Shown here: positions 48,795 through 56,826 of the stretch, one piece after another
Layout: every line of letters begins with the position of its first letter
How positions within the stretch are numbered: position 1 is the stretch's first letter
From: a virus
Taxonomy: Duplodnaviria; Caudoviricetes
IMG/VR virus record: IMGVR_UViG_3300020463_000001
Location: 96,001-160,000 of that record
DNA: 64,000 bases
Reading direction: 5' to 3' (one strand)
Notes under the pieces: generated by a model
Told to the model about the DNA's origin: nothing
Seen by the model: the letters and a program-made list of their open reading frames with translations, nothing else
The model's database searches: none
Position numbers and translations under genes: made by a program

Positions 48795-50281
48795 TGCAAT
48801 CGGTTACTGCACAAAAACATAGCGAAGTGCATTACATTCTGGATTCGGATGAACTATTCATTCTGAAAGAATTGGTGGATTACTTTACCTACGAAGTGCC
48901 TGGCGCAAAGTTTATGCCTGCATACAGGAACAAAGTGTGGGACGGAAAGATTCGTTTGTTCAATCCTACCAATAGAAAGATATATGCTGGTCTTATCAAT
49001 CAGGTTCAAAATTTCTGTGAAAGGAATGAATATGAATTTTTCTGCGAAAAACCAGAAAAAAAATTATTCGGAGAAGATAATCTTAAGGAACTTGCAGAGT
49101 ATGTTAAACCTCAATCTAAAGGTCAACCTCTTACCTATAGAGATTATCAACTAGACGCGATACAAACTGCAATCAATAAAGATAGGTGTCTCTTACTATC
49201 ACCTACGGCTTCTGGTAAGTCTCTTATCATATACACTCTGATACGATTTTATCTTTTACATCCGGATCTGTCTGGTAAGAAGATATTAATAATTGTTCCG
49301 ACTACTTCTTTGGTGTCTCAGATGTATGCAGATTTCCAAGATTATGGATTTGATGTTAAGAATAAGTGTCATGTTATCTATCAGGGACAATCCAAGACTA
49401 CGGATAAGAGAGTGGTAATCTCTACATGGCAATCTATCTATAAAGAACGGAAAGATTACTTTGATCAATTTGGTGTAGTTATCGGTGATGAATGTCATTT
49501 ATTTAAGGCTAATTCTCTTACAAAAATTATGGAGAAAATGACTCAATGTAAGTATAGATTTGGAACTACTGGAACATTGGATGGAACTAAGACTCATAAG
49601 TTAGTTCTCACTGGTTTATTTGGAGATGTCAAAAAGGTCACAACTACAAGAAAATTAATTGACAATGAAACTCTTTCTAGTTTTAAGATTCAGTGTCTGG
49701 TTCTCAAATACTCAGAAGAACAATGTAAAGAAATAAAAAAGATGCCATATCAGGATGAGATTGATTGGATAGTGAGAAATGAAAAAAGAAACAACTTCAT
49801 AGTTAATTTGACAAATAGTCTTAAAGGTAATACACTAGTTCTTTTTAATTTTGTAGAAAAACATGGTAAGCCCTTATTTTCTCAGATACAAGAAAGGGTT
49901 GAAGAGGGGAGGCCAGTTTTTTATGTAAGTGGTGAGACTAAAGTAGACAATAGAGAGGATATCAGAACTACCACAGAAGAATCTGAAAATGCAATCATTG
50001 TTGCTTCTTATGGTACATTCTCGACTGGTATTAATATAAAGAATCTTCATAATATTGTGTTTGCTTCTCCCTCCAAAAGTAAGATAAGAAATCTTCAATC
50101 AATCGGAAGGGGATTGAGAAAGGGCGATAGAAAAGAGAATGCAGTACTCTACGATATTGTAGATAATCTCAAGTATAAGTCCTACACGAACTTTGCTTTG
50201 AGGCATTTTTTTGAACGTATAAATATTTACAACGAAGAGAAATTTGATTTTAAAATTAACGAAATAAGAATGTATAAATGA
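48794..50281 (+). CDS. uvsW: SF2 DNA helicase
   Basis: WDGKIRLF; RDYQ; SPTASGKS; GDECH; GTTGT; GTFSTGINIKNLHN; LQSIGRGLR. Confidence 0.97.
   Translation: MQSVTAQKHSEVHYILDSDELFILKELVDYFTYEVPGAKFMPAYRNKVWDGKIRLFNPTNRKIYAGLINQVQNFCERNEYEFFCEKPEKKLFGEDNLKELAEYVKPQSKGQPLTYRDYQLDAIQTAINKDRCLLLSPTASGKSLIIYTLIRFYLLHPDLSGKKILIIVPTTSLVSQMYADFQDYGFDVKNKCHVIYQGQSKTTDKRVVISTWQSIYKERKDYFDQFGVVIGDECHLFKANSLTKIMEKMTQCKYRFGTTGTLDGTKTHKLVLTGLFGDVKKVTTTRKLIDNETLSSFKIQCLVLKYSEEQCKEIKKMPYQDEIDWIVRNEKRNNFIVNLTNSLKGNTLVLFNFVEKHGKPLFSQIQERVEEGRPVFYVSGETKVDNREDIRTTTEESENAIIVASYGTFSTGINIKNLHNIVFASPSKSKIRNLQSIGRGLRKGDRKENAVLYDIVDNLKYKSYTNFALRHFFERINIYNEEKFDFKINEIRMYK
50218..50225 (+). promoter_or_regulatory. Late promoter inside the uvsW 3' end
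   Basis: TATAAATA 52 bp before ORF 50278. Confidence 0.6.
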
Positions 50282-50667
50282 ATCATAAAGTAGTCAGGTT
50301 ACAAAACGGAGAAGATTTGCTCACAGAATTGGTAAGTGAGAGTAGAGATTATTATAGGATTAGAAATCCTTGGTTACTCTCTAGAATTCCAACTGGTGTA
50401 AAACCTTCTGAGGCTTACCTTGCTTTTTCTGAGTGGAACCCCTACACAAATGAAAAAGATTTTTCTATTGCTAAAAGGGATGTTCTCATCATCTCATCTT
50501 GTAAGCAGGAAATTATAGATTTTTATGATCAACTGATTGAGTCAAAAAGCGGAGAGACTAACTTCCGAGCATTTGACGAAGTTATGGCAGAAAGAAGAGA
50601 GAAAGTAGAAAATGCCAAAGACTATATGCAAGTTCTAAAAGACTTCGATTCACCAGATAAACATTAG
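50278..50667 (+). CDS. Conserved T4-like hypothetical protein (Sm-like fold suspected)
   Basis: KVVRLQNGEDLL, W.PY.....F.I...DV pattern; usual slot between uvsW and gp55. Confidence 0.65.
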   Translation: MNHKVVRLQNGEDLLTELVSESRDYYRIRNPWLLSRIPTGVKPSEAYLAFSEWNPYTNEKDFSIAKRDVLIISSCKQEIIDFYDQLIESKSGETNFRAFDEVMAERREKVENAKDYMQVLKDFDSPDKH

Positions 50668-50693
50668 AATAATCCTTAAATCACAACAGAATT

Positions 50694-50722
50694 ATTATAC
50701 ACACAGAAGCACATTCTGTCAA
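50694..50722 (-). promoter_or_regulatory. Consensus sigma70 promoter on the minus strand
   Basis: Minus strand reads TTGACA-N17-TATAAT exactly. Confidence 0.75.
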
Positions 50723-50746
50723 GTATTAATTTAAAAAAATTAGTGT

Positions 50747-50775
50747 TTGACAAATCCAACCTCATTTGTTACAAT
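50747..50775 (+). promoter_or_regulatory. Sigma70 early promoter of gp55
   Basis: TTGACA-N17-TACAAT with TGn extension. Confidence 0.88.
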
Positions 50776-50800
50776 GTATGCAACTTTTAAAGAGGATATA

Positions 50801-51352
50801 ATGGCCGAAAAAAAGAAAAACGCACACTATGTAGATAACAAAAAACTCCTTGCTGCGATGATAGAATTTCGTAATTCTGTTATTGAGGCGAAAGAGAATG
50901 ATAAACCAAGGCCCAGAATTCCTAATTACATTGGAGAATGTATTATGAAGATTTCTGAGCATTTGTCGTATCGTCCTAATTTTATTAACTACACATACAA
51001 AGATGAAATGATTTCCGATGGGATAGAGAATTGTCTCCTATACATAGATAACTTCAATCCAGAGAAATCTAAAAATCCCTTCGCATATTTTACTCAGATA
51101 ATCTACTATGCCTTTATAAGAAGAATGCAGAAAGAGAAGAAACAAACTTATGTTAAGTATAAGTCTCTTGAACGTCATGTCTTGGAAGATGATATACTTG
51201 AGGCCGGTGGAGTGACTAAGAAAAGTTATCTAGAGTTTATGCAGAATAATATGTCTGGATTTATCGAAGATTTTGAGAAATCACAGAAAGTCAAAAAGAC
51301 CAGAGCAAAAGCAAAGAAAAAGGAACAGAATGAAAATAGCCCTCTTGACTGA
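50801..51352 (+). CDS. gp55: Late sigma factor; start corrected from 50747
   Basis: HYVDNKKLL; NYIGECIMKI..HLSYRPNFINYTYKDEMISDGIENC; NPFAYFTQI.YYAF.RR..KEKKQ; GAGGA RBS. Confidence 0.97.
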   Translation: MAEKKKNAHYVDNKKLLAAMIEFRNSVIEAKENDKPRPRIPNYIGECIMKISEHLSYRPNFINYTYKDEMISDGIENCLLYIDNFNPEKSKNPFAYFTQIIYYAFIRRMQKEKKQTYVKYKSLERHVLEDDILEAGGVTKKSYLEFMQNNMSGFIEDFEKSQKVKKTRAKAKKKEQNENSPLD

Positions 51353-52376
51353 TACTCATTTTGGAGCTAGGGGTGATTCCCTAGTCTTCTTTGATTACAT
51401 GATGGAGTTCTATGACAATGTGTTTTTTCCATACCTGTCAGAGAACAATATTACAACTATGATTCATCTTGGAGATGTTGTGGATAGACGAAAGTTTATC
51501 AACTTCAATATTCTTCATGGCATGAATAGTCGGTTTATGAAACGATTACAAGACGATAAGATAGAATCTCATATCATTATTGGGAACCATGATACTTACT
51601 TTAAGAATACGAATGATATCAATTCTATGAATGAACTGATAGACTTCAACCACGAGTACTCTCCTAAAGTCTATTCGGATCCGGTTACTTTGAATTTTGA
51701 CGGCAGAGATATTTGTTTTATGCCGTGGATCAACTCTGGTAACTACACCGATTGTAGATCTCACATTAAAGATACCAAAGCAAAAACTTTATTCGGACAT
51801 CTTGAAATTGCCGGATTTGAAATGAGTCGCGGAATCAAGTGCGAAGATGGATTTGATATTCATATGTTTAAAAAGTTTGATTTAGTTTGCTCTGGACATT
51901 TCCATCATAAATCAAACAACGGAAATATTCATTATCTTGGAAGCCCATACGAAACAACTTGGATAGATTATAATGATCCAAGAGGCTTTCACATATATGA
52001 TACGGATACAAATGAAATTGAATTTATTCAGAACCCATATCGTATGTTTCATAAGATATATTATGATGAAGAAAACCTTGACCGAATAAATTACTCGACA
52101 TACAATCAGAAATATGTTAAGGTGATTGTCAAAAACAAAACAAAGCAACATTTATTGGATAATCTAATAGATGAATTATACAACAATGATGTCGTTGATG
52201 TATCTGTAGTTGACGATACATACGAGTTTGAAGGGATGGATGAGACACAATCTATAGAAGATACTATGTCTCTTCTCTCTGGATACATAGATGATTATAA
52301 TTTAGATTTGGATAAGAATCGGCTTAAAGGTTTGATTCAAGATTTATACATTACTGCGTTAAGAGAGCCTGCCTAG
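51330..52376 (+). CDS. gp47: Recombination endonuclease subunit (Mre11-like); start corrected from 51273
   Basis: DTHFG, HLGD..D, GNHD, GHLE, SGHFH phosphoesterase motifs. Confidence 0.97.
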   Translation: MKIALLTDTHFGARGDSLVFFDYMMEFYDNVFFPYLSENNITTMIHLGDVVDRRKFINFNILHGMNSRFMKRLQDDKIESHIIIGNHDTYFKNTNDINSMNELIDFNHEYSPKVYSDPVTLNFDGRDICFMPWINSGNYTDCRSHIKDTKAKTLFGHLEIAGFEMSRGIKCEDGFDIHMFKKFDLVCSGHFHHKSNNGNIHYLGSPYETTWIDYNDPRGFHIYDTDTNEIEFIQNPYRMFHKIYYDEENLDRINYSTYNQKYVKVIVKNKTKQHLLDNLIDELYNNDVVDVSVVDDTYEFEGMDETQSIEDTMSLLSGYIDDYNLDLDKNRLKGLIQDLYITALREPA

Positions 52377-54094
52377 TGTTAGAATTTCAAAAAATACGGT
52401 GGAAGAATTTTCTTTCCACTGGTGATAACTTTACTGAAATATTATTTGACAAATCTCCAACCACATTAATCCTTGGTGCAAATGGAGCCGGAAAATCTAC
52501 GGTTCTGGATGCACTCACCTTTGGATTGTTTGGTAAACCCTTTCGAAAGATAAACAAACCTCAGTTGGCGAACTCTGTCAATGAGAAAGATTGTCTTATT
52601 GAGATTGAGTTCAAGATAGGAAAGACTCAGTATAAGATTCGTAGAGGTATCAAGCCTGGCATCTTTGAGATATATCATAATAAAAAGATGATCAATCAGG
52701 ATTCCAAGATAAAAGACTATCAAAAATATCTAGAAGATAATATTCTCAAACTTAATTTTAAGTCTTTTACTCAAACAGTGATCTTGGGATCTGCTACTTT
52801 TGTTCCGTTCATGCAACTTTCGGCAAAAGATCGAAGAGACATCATAGAAGATCTATTAGACATTAAGATATTCTCTTCTATGAATGAGATACTGAAATCC
52901 AGATTAATAGACCATAAAGAAAATTTAAGAGAAACCGGCAATGAAAGAAATAATATAGACAATCAGATCCACTTACAAGAATCTAGCATAGAAGAAATCA
53001 AGAAGGATAGAAAGAAACTTATACAAACTTCTAAGAAAAAGATAGAAGAGTATCAATTAAAGATTGATGAAAATGATTCTTGTATAGAAAAACTTACCGC
53101 AAAGATTGGTATGTTAAATGATACACTTGTTGAATTAAAACCAGTACAAAAGAAAATATCCAAGATGGATAGTATTAGTGCTGGACTGACTTCTAAGATT
53201 AAGTCTCTTAAAGAAGATCAAGAGTTCTTTCACGATATTGATAATTGTCCTACCTGTAAACAAGATGTTGATGCATCTCATAAAGAAATGATGATTGCAG
53301 AAAGGAAAGATAAACAAAAAGAAATAGAACAGGCCATAGAAGATTTTAAGAGTGAATATGAAGTTATTAATGCAAGGATGGATAAATTATTAAATACTCA
53401 GAATAAAGTATCTAATCTTACTGCAGATATATCCGAAAAAACTTCTCACAATAAAGGCCTCAAAAGTTCTATAAAGGATTACGAAAGAGAAGTAGAAGAA
53501 CTTGAATCGACAGATACATCTACCACTAAGATGCGAAAAGATCTCAAGAAGTTTACTGATCAGAAAAATAGGATAGAAAGGATAAGAGAAGAACTTTTGG
53601 AAGAAAGAGAATACTTGAATGTTGCTTCTACACTTCTTAAGGATGGTGGTATTAAGACTTCTATCATCAAATATTATCTTCCCATTATGAATGGTCTGAT
53701 AAACAAGTATCTTCATCAAATGGATTTCTATGTTAACTTTACAATGGATGAAAACTTCTCAGAGAATATTAAGTCTCGCAATAGAGAAAACTTTTCTTAC
53801 AGCTCATTCTCCGAAGGTGAAAAGATGCGAATAGACCTGGCTCTACTCTTCACTTGGAGAGAAGTCGCGAAGATGAAGAATAGTGTTAATACAAATCTTT
53901 TGATACTGGATGAAGTATTTGATAGTTCTCTAGATAGTAATGGAACAGATGAGTTCTTAAAACTTCTCAATCAACTTGGCGGAAATAATGTATTTGTTAT
54001 TTCACACAAAGGAGAGATCCTCTACGATAAATTTAGAAGTATCATCAAGTTTGATAAAATCAAAAACTTCAGTAAAATAGTGGAAGAGAAGTAA
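52376..54094 (+). CDS. gp46: Recombination ATPase subunit (Rad50-like)
   Basis: Walker A GANGAGKS, zinc hook CPTC, signature FSEGE, Walker B LILDEVFD, ISH. Confidence 0.97.
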   Translation: MLEFQKIRWKNFLSTGDNFTEILFDKSPTTLILGANGAGKSTVLDALTFGLFGKPFRKINKPQLANSVNEKDCLIEIEFKIGKTQYKIRRGIKPGIFEIYHNKKMINQDSKIKDYQKYLEDNILKLNFKSFTQTVILGSATFVPFMQLSAKDRRDIIEDLLDIKIFSSMNEILKSRLIDHKENLRETGNERNNIDNQIHLQESSIEEIKKDRKKLIQTSKKKIEEYQLKIDENDSCIEKLTAKIGMLNDTLVELKPVQKKISKMDSISAGLTSKIKSLKEDQEFFHDIDNCPTCKQDVDASHKEMMIAERKDKQKEIEQAIEDFKSEYEVINARMDKLLNTQNKVSNLTADISEKTSHNKGLKSSIKDYEREVEELESTDTSTTKMRKDLKKFTDQKNRIERIREELLEEREYLNVASTLLKDGGIKTSIIKYYLPIMNGLINKYLHQMDFYVNFTMDENFSENIKSRNRENFSYSSFSEGEKMRIDLALLFTWREVAKMKNSVNTNLLILDEVFDSSLDSNGTDEFLKLLNQLGGNNVFVISHKGEILYDKFRSIIKFDKIKNFSKIVEEK

Positions 54095-54282
54095 TGGATG
54101 GCGTGGATCTAGAAATCAAAAGGAAGGATTCTACTCTGTTGATAAAAGTCAACAAAGAAGAGAAGAAAAAGTTTATTGCTCTGTGTGAGTTGAATGATTC
54201 CAGTGCATCCAGAGAGATTCGCAGATTTATGAAAGAATATATTAATAATTTTTCGGTGGAAATAAAACTTGACAACGGCTAG
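54094..54282 (+). CDS. Ribbon-helix-helix DNA-binding protein (putative)
   Basis: 62 aa: beta strand LLIKV, helix EEKKKFIALC, helix SASREIRRFMKEYI; coupled to the gp46 stop (TAATG). Confidence 0.7.
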   Translation: MDGVDLEIKRKDSTLLIKVNKEEKKKFIALCELNDSSASREIRRFMKEYINNFSVEIKLDNG

Positions 54283-54297
54283 AAAATTTGAGACAAT
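54269..54297 (+). promoter_or_regulatory. Possible sigma70 promoter of the MTase cassette
   Basis: TTGACA-N17-GACAAT with TGn; the -10 lacks the first T, so it is weak. Confidence 0.4.
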
Positions 54298-54304
54298 GGT
54301 TCCC

Positions 54305-55492
54305 ATGTATCAACCTTATACTCTAAAGGATGTGTTTGCAGCATCCGCACAGAATAAATTTAACGTCATATCTACATTCGCTGGCGGTGGTGGATCTAGT
54401 ACTGGTTATCGTCTTGCTGGCGGTAATGTATTGTGTGTAAATGAATTTGTCGAAGAGGCACAAAATACCTACGCAGAAAACTATCCAAACACTCCTATAC
54501 TACCTAACGATATTAAGGAGTTGAGTGGATCAGACTTTTTAGATATTGTCGGATTGGGTGTGGGCGAGTTAGATATTCTTGATGGTTCGCCACCGTGTTC
54601 TGCATTTTCAGTTGCAGGAAAACTATCTCACAATGTTAAAAAGGAAGAGATGGTTGATTTGTTTGGAGAGACAACTATAGTCAATGTGTCTGGAAAACAT
54701 TCAGATGGTTGGGGTCAGACTAAGAATTATTCTGACGGAAAGATGGTAGAGAATATCGAAGATCTTTTCTTTGAGTTCCTTAGAGTTGCAAATGATATCA
54801 AACCCAAAGTGATTGTTGCGGAGAATGTTAAAGGATTGACCATAGGCGAGGCGAAACAATACTATAATAAAATTCTCAACGAGTTCGAAAAGATAGGGTA
54901 TGATGTTTCATCTCAAGTCATGGACGCAAGATATTATGGTGTTTCTCAGACAAGAACTAGGGTAATCTTTATCGGCATTAGACACGATATTACTGAGAAG
55001 GCTGGTTTTAACTTTATGACTGTTGGAAATATTTTTCCGCAACCGTCCAGAAAAATAATTCCCTTGATGGATGCCCTAGTAGATTTAGAATACGATCAAG
55101 AAGAAGTTGATTATCTCACAGAGAAGTTTACTAAAACTGCGTATTGGTTACAGACCGGAAGTAAGATGGAAGACGATCCAAAGAAAGTTTTGACTGGAAT
55201 GGATTATCATCCGAAAGGACATCACTTTAACCTCAAAAGAGTGTCCAGATACGCACCAGCACCCACGCTAACGGCGATGGGGAGTAATGACACTACAGCA
55301 GGTGCATTCCACTGGGCCGAACCTAGAAAACTCACTCTGGGGGAATTAAAGAGGATTCAGAGTTTACCTGATGACTTCAAGTTGACCGGAAAATGGAACC
55401 AGAAATCAGAAAGAATCGGTAGAATGGTTCCGCCAAAAATGATGCAGTCAATTGCTGCGTCTATCTATGAAAATGTATTGGAGAAAATATGA
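54305..55492 (+). CDS. C5-cytosine DNA methyltransferase-family enzyme, probably a carboxymethyltransferase (CmoX-like); start uncertain (54296 or 54305)
   Basis: Motif I FAGGGG, IV GSPPC, VI ENV, VIII QTRTRV, IX RKLT..ELKRIQS.PDDF; motif X is GRMVPP instead of GNAVPP. Confidence 0.9.
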   Translation: MYQPYTLKDVFAASAQNKFNVISTFAGGGGSSTGYRLAGGNVLCVNEFVEEAQNTYAENYPNTPILPNDIKELSGSDFLDIVGLGVGELDILDGSPPCSAFSVAGKLSHNVKKEEMVDLFGETTIVNVSGKHSDGWGQTKNYSDGKMVENIEDLFFEFLRVANDIKPKVIVAENVKGLTIGEAKQYYNKILNEFEKIGYDVSSQVMDARYYGVSQTRTRVIFIGIRHDITEKAGFNFMTVGNIFPQPSRKIIPLMDALVDLEYDQEEVDYLTEKFTKTAYWLQTGSKMEDDPKKVLTGMDYHPKGHHFNLKRVSRYAPAPTLTAMGSNDTTAGAFHWAEPRKLTLGELKRIQSLPDDFKLTGKWNQKSERIGRMVPPKMMQSIAASIYENVLEKI

Positions 55493-56037
55493 GCAACGTA
55501 AGCCAATTGATCGCTAAACATAATGGTGATGATCCTTTTAACGATGAAGCCCAAAGAAACGCGCTTAAAAGTTTCCTTCGCACAGACCTTGATTTTGTCA
55601 GATTTATTTTAGACTATGCAGAAATAAAAAGTGACGCTAAGCCATGTGATATTATAGATGACCCTTTAGGAGAAAAAAGAGTAGACTTGGGAATAATAGA
55701 TAAAAATTCTAATGTTCGATGTTTAGTTGAAGTTGATTACTATTTCAAATGGGATCCATTTTGGCCAAAAAACTATAAAAATGCTCACGCATTAGAGAGA
55801 AAAATAAAATATTGGAGGGGCAAAAATATCCCATATATTGGTTGTACTTTTAGTAAAAATCTCGATAAGATGATAGTAATTACAGATGAACTTATAACAG
55901 AGTATATGCACACCAAACGAAAAAAGTGGGTAGAACTTCATGGCGAGTTGGTAGAAGATGTTTTCATTAGTATACCCCCCTTCAGAGCGTTTAAGTTTGG
56001 AGATTGGCAAGACGACGAATTACGGAGAGTTTCATAA
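55489..56037 (+). CDS. Putative PD-(D/E)xK-like nuclease
   Basis: DDPLG..RVDLGII...LVEVD...W...H..ERK pattern; ATGA and TAATG overlaps with both neighbours. Confidence 0.45.
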   Translation: MSNVSQLIAKHNGDDPFNDEAQRNALKSFLRTDLDFVRFILDYAEIKSDAKPCDIIDDPLGEKRVDLGIIDKNSNVRCLVEVDYYFKWDPFWPKNYKNAHALERKIKYWRGKNIPYIGCTFSKNLDKMIVITDELITEYMHTKRKKWVELHGELVEDVFISIPPFRAFKFGDWQDDELRRVS

Positions 56038-56723
56038 TGGCAGACTTTACTTTTGCACACAGAAAAGAGGGCTTCGATGCTCACATAGATGCATCTATTC
56101 GTCACTACTCATCACTTCATGATGATATAGTTGCAATGTCTAGATACTTTGTAGAGAATGATACCAGTGTAGTTGATATTGGTTGCTCTACTGGAAAAAC
56201 TCTAGGGGCAATGATTGACCAGAATAAGGAATCGGCTCCTAATGCACAGTATCATGGAGTTGAAAACGCAGATGGATTTGCGGAAGATATGAAATCCAGA
56301 GAAGAAGAATATGTTGATTCTAATCTCAGTTTACATTTTCAAGATGTAAGAAACTTTGTATTTCCTGTTGATTCTTCATTCATAACGAGCATATTTACTT
56401 TACAGTTTATTCCAAAACGAGATCGACAATCTATTCTGGATTCGATATATGATTCTCTTCTTCCCGGCGGAGCATTCGTTTTTTCTGAGAAGACTTATGC
56501 CTCATCTCCAGAACTAGAACAGATACTCACATTCCTCTTTTATGACCATAAAAGAAAAGAGTTTTCCTGTGAAGATATTATGGACAAAGAATATACTTTG
56601 AGATCAATGCTGAAACCAATGCACTGGGACGATTTACTATCCATGATGTACGAGGCAGGATTCCAAGAAGTTCAACCTTTTTGGAGAAATCATCTATTCG
56701 TAGGAGCAATCGCTATAAAATAG
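56037..56723 (+). CDS. cmoA: Carboxy-SAM synthase CmoA homolog; start corrected from 56004
   Basis: FDAHI..SI.HY, VVDIGCSTG, FTLQF, GGAFVFSEK, K...LRSML.P, AGF...FW motifs match the CmoA family. Confidence 0.85.
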   Translation: MADFTFAHRKEGFDAHIDASIRHYSSLHDDIVAMSRYFVENDTSVVDIGCSTGKTLGAMIDQNKESAPNAQYHGVENADGFAEDMKSREEEYVDSNLSLHFQDVRNFVFPVDSSFITSIFTLQFIPKRDRQSILDSIYDSLLPGGAFVFSEKTYASSPELEQILTFLFYDHKRKEFSCEDIMDKEYTLRSMLKPMHWDDLLSMMYEAGFQEVQPFWRNHLFVGAIAIK

Positions 56724-56768
56724 TTATAACGATATTCCAAAAAGTTCTATAAATCGCCAAATAATTAG

Positions 56769-56797
56769 TTGACATTCGCCAACTAGCCCCTTAGAAT
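56769..56797 (+). promoter_or_regulatory. Sigma70 early promoter
   Basis: TTGACA-N17-TAGAAT. Confidence 0.85.
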
Positions 56798-56826
56798 AGC
56801 TGTATAGTTTGTTGATAGAGAACCAA

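Noticed and set aside
50747-50800. N-terminal extension of gp55 from a TTG
   Set aside because: The TTG is the -35 box of the promoter; the RBS supports 50801
56037-56723. CmoA acting in tRNA cmo5U modification
   Set aside because: No cmoB or tRNA genes in the window; coupling to a motif-X-Arg DNA MTase favours a DNA role, though supplying host tRNA modification is not excluded
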